A stretch of 64,000 nucleotides of DNA from Klebsormidium nitens (Eukaryota; Plantae; Klebsormidiophyceae), in contig DF237010.1 in NCBI GenBank assembly GCA_000708835.1, positions 62,001-126,000 of the forward strand. Reading direction: 5' to 3'. How positions within the stretch are numbered: position 1 is the stretch's first letter; every line of letters starts with the position of its first letter. Of the stretch, positions 61,806 through 64,000 are shown in pieces. Position numbers and translations under genes: made by a program. Below the pieces are notes generated by a model, which searched no databases, was not told where the DNA came from, and was given only the letters and a program-made list of their open reading frames with translations.

Positions 61806-63936
61806 ATGGAGAGCTCAAAATCTGGAGCGGGTGACCCAACATTGCGCAACGGAGACTCTGGCACTCCCCCGGCCCCTGCCCTGCCCCCGCGGTTGCAGGC
61901 CAAGGATAACAGCCTCAGCCGGGCTGACTCCTTCCAGAGCAAAGATGGAAGTTCGGGGGAGTCAAAATCGAAAAGCCACAGCGAAGCAGAGCGACGACGA
62001 AGGGAAAGGATAAACGCCCACCTGGGAACACTACGAAATCTGCTGCCACACCCAACCAAGGTGAGCGTCGAGTACCTGAAATATCCAGCAATTGAAGCCC
62101 CAGGCATTTTGAGCAAATTGCAAGCGGTCTCTTAATCCTTCTGCTTTCTGGAAGCAGAGTGAATCCCCTGTGGGGTATCAGCGTGTTTGTTCATGAGGAA
62201 TAAAGAACCAATTTGTCTTTGAGTATGCTTGCCTTCTACCAAGGTTCCTTTCAAGGGGCAAACACGTTTGGTAGTTTACAATGTTTTTCTATAGCTCTTG
62301 GGATGACCTCAACCTGAGACAATGATTTCTCCCTGCCTAAGCTCCCCGCAGAAAATCACGGGCCGGTAATCTATTCCAACACACTTCATAGATATTTCTT
62401 TAAGGCCAACTTTGCAATATCACAATTCTTCGCCACGCACTGTGGATTCCATTTGTGGATTCCATGCTTTTCAATTCTGAAGCATTGTACAGGCCTCCAT
62501 TGGTTACGTTGTTCAGAGTTCTGTGCATCTTTCCAACTTACTTGTGCCCCCATGGTTTCACACTGTTTTTTGCAGGCCCCAGGTGCAGCTTGACTAAGTC
62601 ACCTGAGAAACTCGCCAACACTTCAGAAGCTCGTCTCTTTTCGTGTCTTCGGTGGGATCCCTCTCCCAACTTCTTGGGACTTGTTTTTTACTGCTCCTCT
62701 TTGTTTACTCACACATCGAGGTCCAAATTCAATCCCACATGTTCGTGGAAAGCTTCAGCATGCACTATCTCTAACGATCACACCTTTTGCTATGGCCAGG
62801 CTGATAAAGCGTCCCTGTTGGGCGAGGTGATTGACCACGTGAAGGAGCTGCAGCGGCAGGCGGACGAAGTTGCGGGGGAGGGGGTGCCGTCCGGTGGGGA
62901 CAAGGTTCTCGTGACGCTGGATGAGCAAGAAGGGGCGCAGGTGCTGAAAGTGGCCATGTCCTGCGAGGACCGGCCAGAGTTGCTCACTGAGGTTGTGAAA
63001 GCAATACAGAGGTGAGGGCAGCAGAGAGATTGTGAGCACCCTTCTGTAGTGATCTTTGTCAGAAAACGTATGTTTAGGGCGTTTTGAGTGCATTCTGAGG
63101 TTTGGGGCCCACTCAGATGAAGGTGAGGTTTGGCTGTAAGCAGTGAAAATGAACATACCAGCAACTCATACGAGCTGCTCGCAGTATTCCAAATTCCCTA
63201 AAGGTAAGAAACCAGTTTGGTAAGTTCTACAAGCATCAAAAGAGCGCAGTCTATTCCGTACCACTGGAAATTGGCGATAGGACAGATGACGAGAAGAAGA
63301 TTTGAATCTGTCCAACGACTTTCCAATTTGAAGTTCAGTTTACGCTCTGTCTGACATCCAGAGAGTAAGTTCAGGGCAATTTTCACAGTCACTTGATTTC
63401 AATATTCGATTCAGGAGTTTAGAATAGCAGACTTTTAGTTCTAAATCCTTGCTGAGTCTATCTCTGCGCTGAACTTGGAGATTCGCAGGCCCTTAGACAA
63501 TTGAATCTGGACTGATTACTGTTGCTTTGCAAGGCTACAAACCTTTCCATTGCCCGTCGGTTTTACCCTTTGCATCTCAAACTCCAATTCATTTCATTTC
63601 AGCTCCTTCCTGTGTTACTATATTTAAATGCAGTGTCTCCTTTGAGTACTTTGACGCTTTAGAGCGATTGTGTTGAAGGAAGTTTCGTGAGGTGGCAGGT
63701 GTAAACTTCGGACGCTGCGAGCAGAGATGACCACCCTTGGGGGGCGCGTCCGCCTCGACTTGCTCCTCGGCAGCGAAGAGGAGTCCAAGGAACAGAAGCT
63801 GCCGAAGGACGTCTGCAAGGCCGTCCGGGACGCGCTGACGGCTGTCATAGAAAGGAACGCGTCGTTGTCGAACCCGAACTGGCCCGAGAGTAAACGGCAA
63901 AAGACGGGGAACGGACAAACAGTGACCGCCTCGTGA
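61806..63936 (+). CDS. bHLH-ACT transcription factor, subfamily Vb (TMO5/T5L, bHLH30/32/106-like), 3 exons
   Basis: Exons 61806-62060, 62800-63011, 63699-63936. Contains HSEAERRRRERINAHLGTLRNLLP..DKASLLGEVIDHVKEL and the ACT-like SCEDRPELL..LRAEMTTLGGRV. An upstream exon is possible (acceptor-like CTAG at 61769-61772). Confidence 0.9.
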
Positions 63937-64000
63937 GCGGCTGCCTTTTGCTGGGAACAAGTTGAGTCAAGTCGATAGGTAAGATTTTTGGAAGAGGCGT

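Noticed and set aside
1-64000. tRNA, rRNA, CRISPR arrays, viral or transposase/RT coding sequence
   Set aside because: No cloverleaf with T-loop consensus, rRNA signature, repeat-spacer array or transposase/RT/viral ORF was recognised.

Overview
A gene-dense eukaryotic window. Codon usage, intron size and GTGAG/GTAAG donors, together with the plant-like proteins, suggest a streptophyte green alga such as Klebsormidium; this is inference and was not checked. I reconstructed 13 intron-containing genes by hand, checking GT/GC-AG boundaries and reading phase: AOX(-), SLU7(+), OSTC(-), a peroxisomal acyl-activating enzyme(+), DPL1 sphingoid-phosphate lyase(-), RPB4(+), GEN2/SEND1 nuclease(-), a NAK-family kinase(-), katanin p80(+), DEAD-box RH1/DDX51(+), tryptophan synthase beta(-), DnaJ ERdj3B(-) and a TMO5-like bHLH-ACT factor(+). 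A possible CDS 3' end lies at the left edge. The genes are ordinary housekeeping genes; the unexplained structure is non-coding. (1) Seven intergenic islands of about 0.5-1.3 kb, all downstream of gene 3' ends, are packed with short perfect palindromes and chains of stem-loops. They seem to partition the window into transcription units, and four contain the same 8-mer AGTCCGAC in the same orientation. (2) One island holds a near-perfect 80-nt, 38-bp-stem hairpin resembling a pre-miRNA. (3) A 333-bp element with perfect 24-bp terminal inverted repeats and a 3-bp direct repeat sits in the DPL1/RPB4 bidirectional promoter. Smaller points: two GC-AG introns, an AOX with the regulatory CysI replaced by Ser, and intronic tandem duplications, one carrying a canonical G-quadruplex motif. 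No tRNA, rRNA or CRISPR feature was seen. All enrichment statements are by eye and untested statistically.
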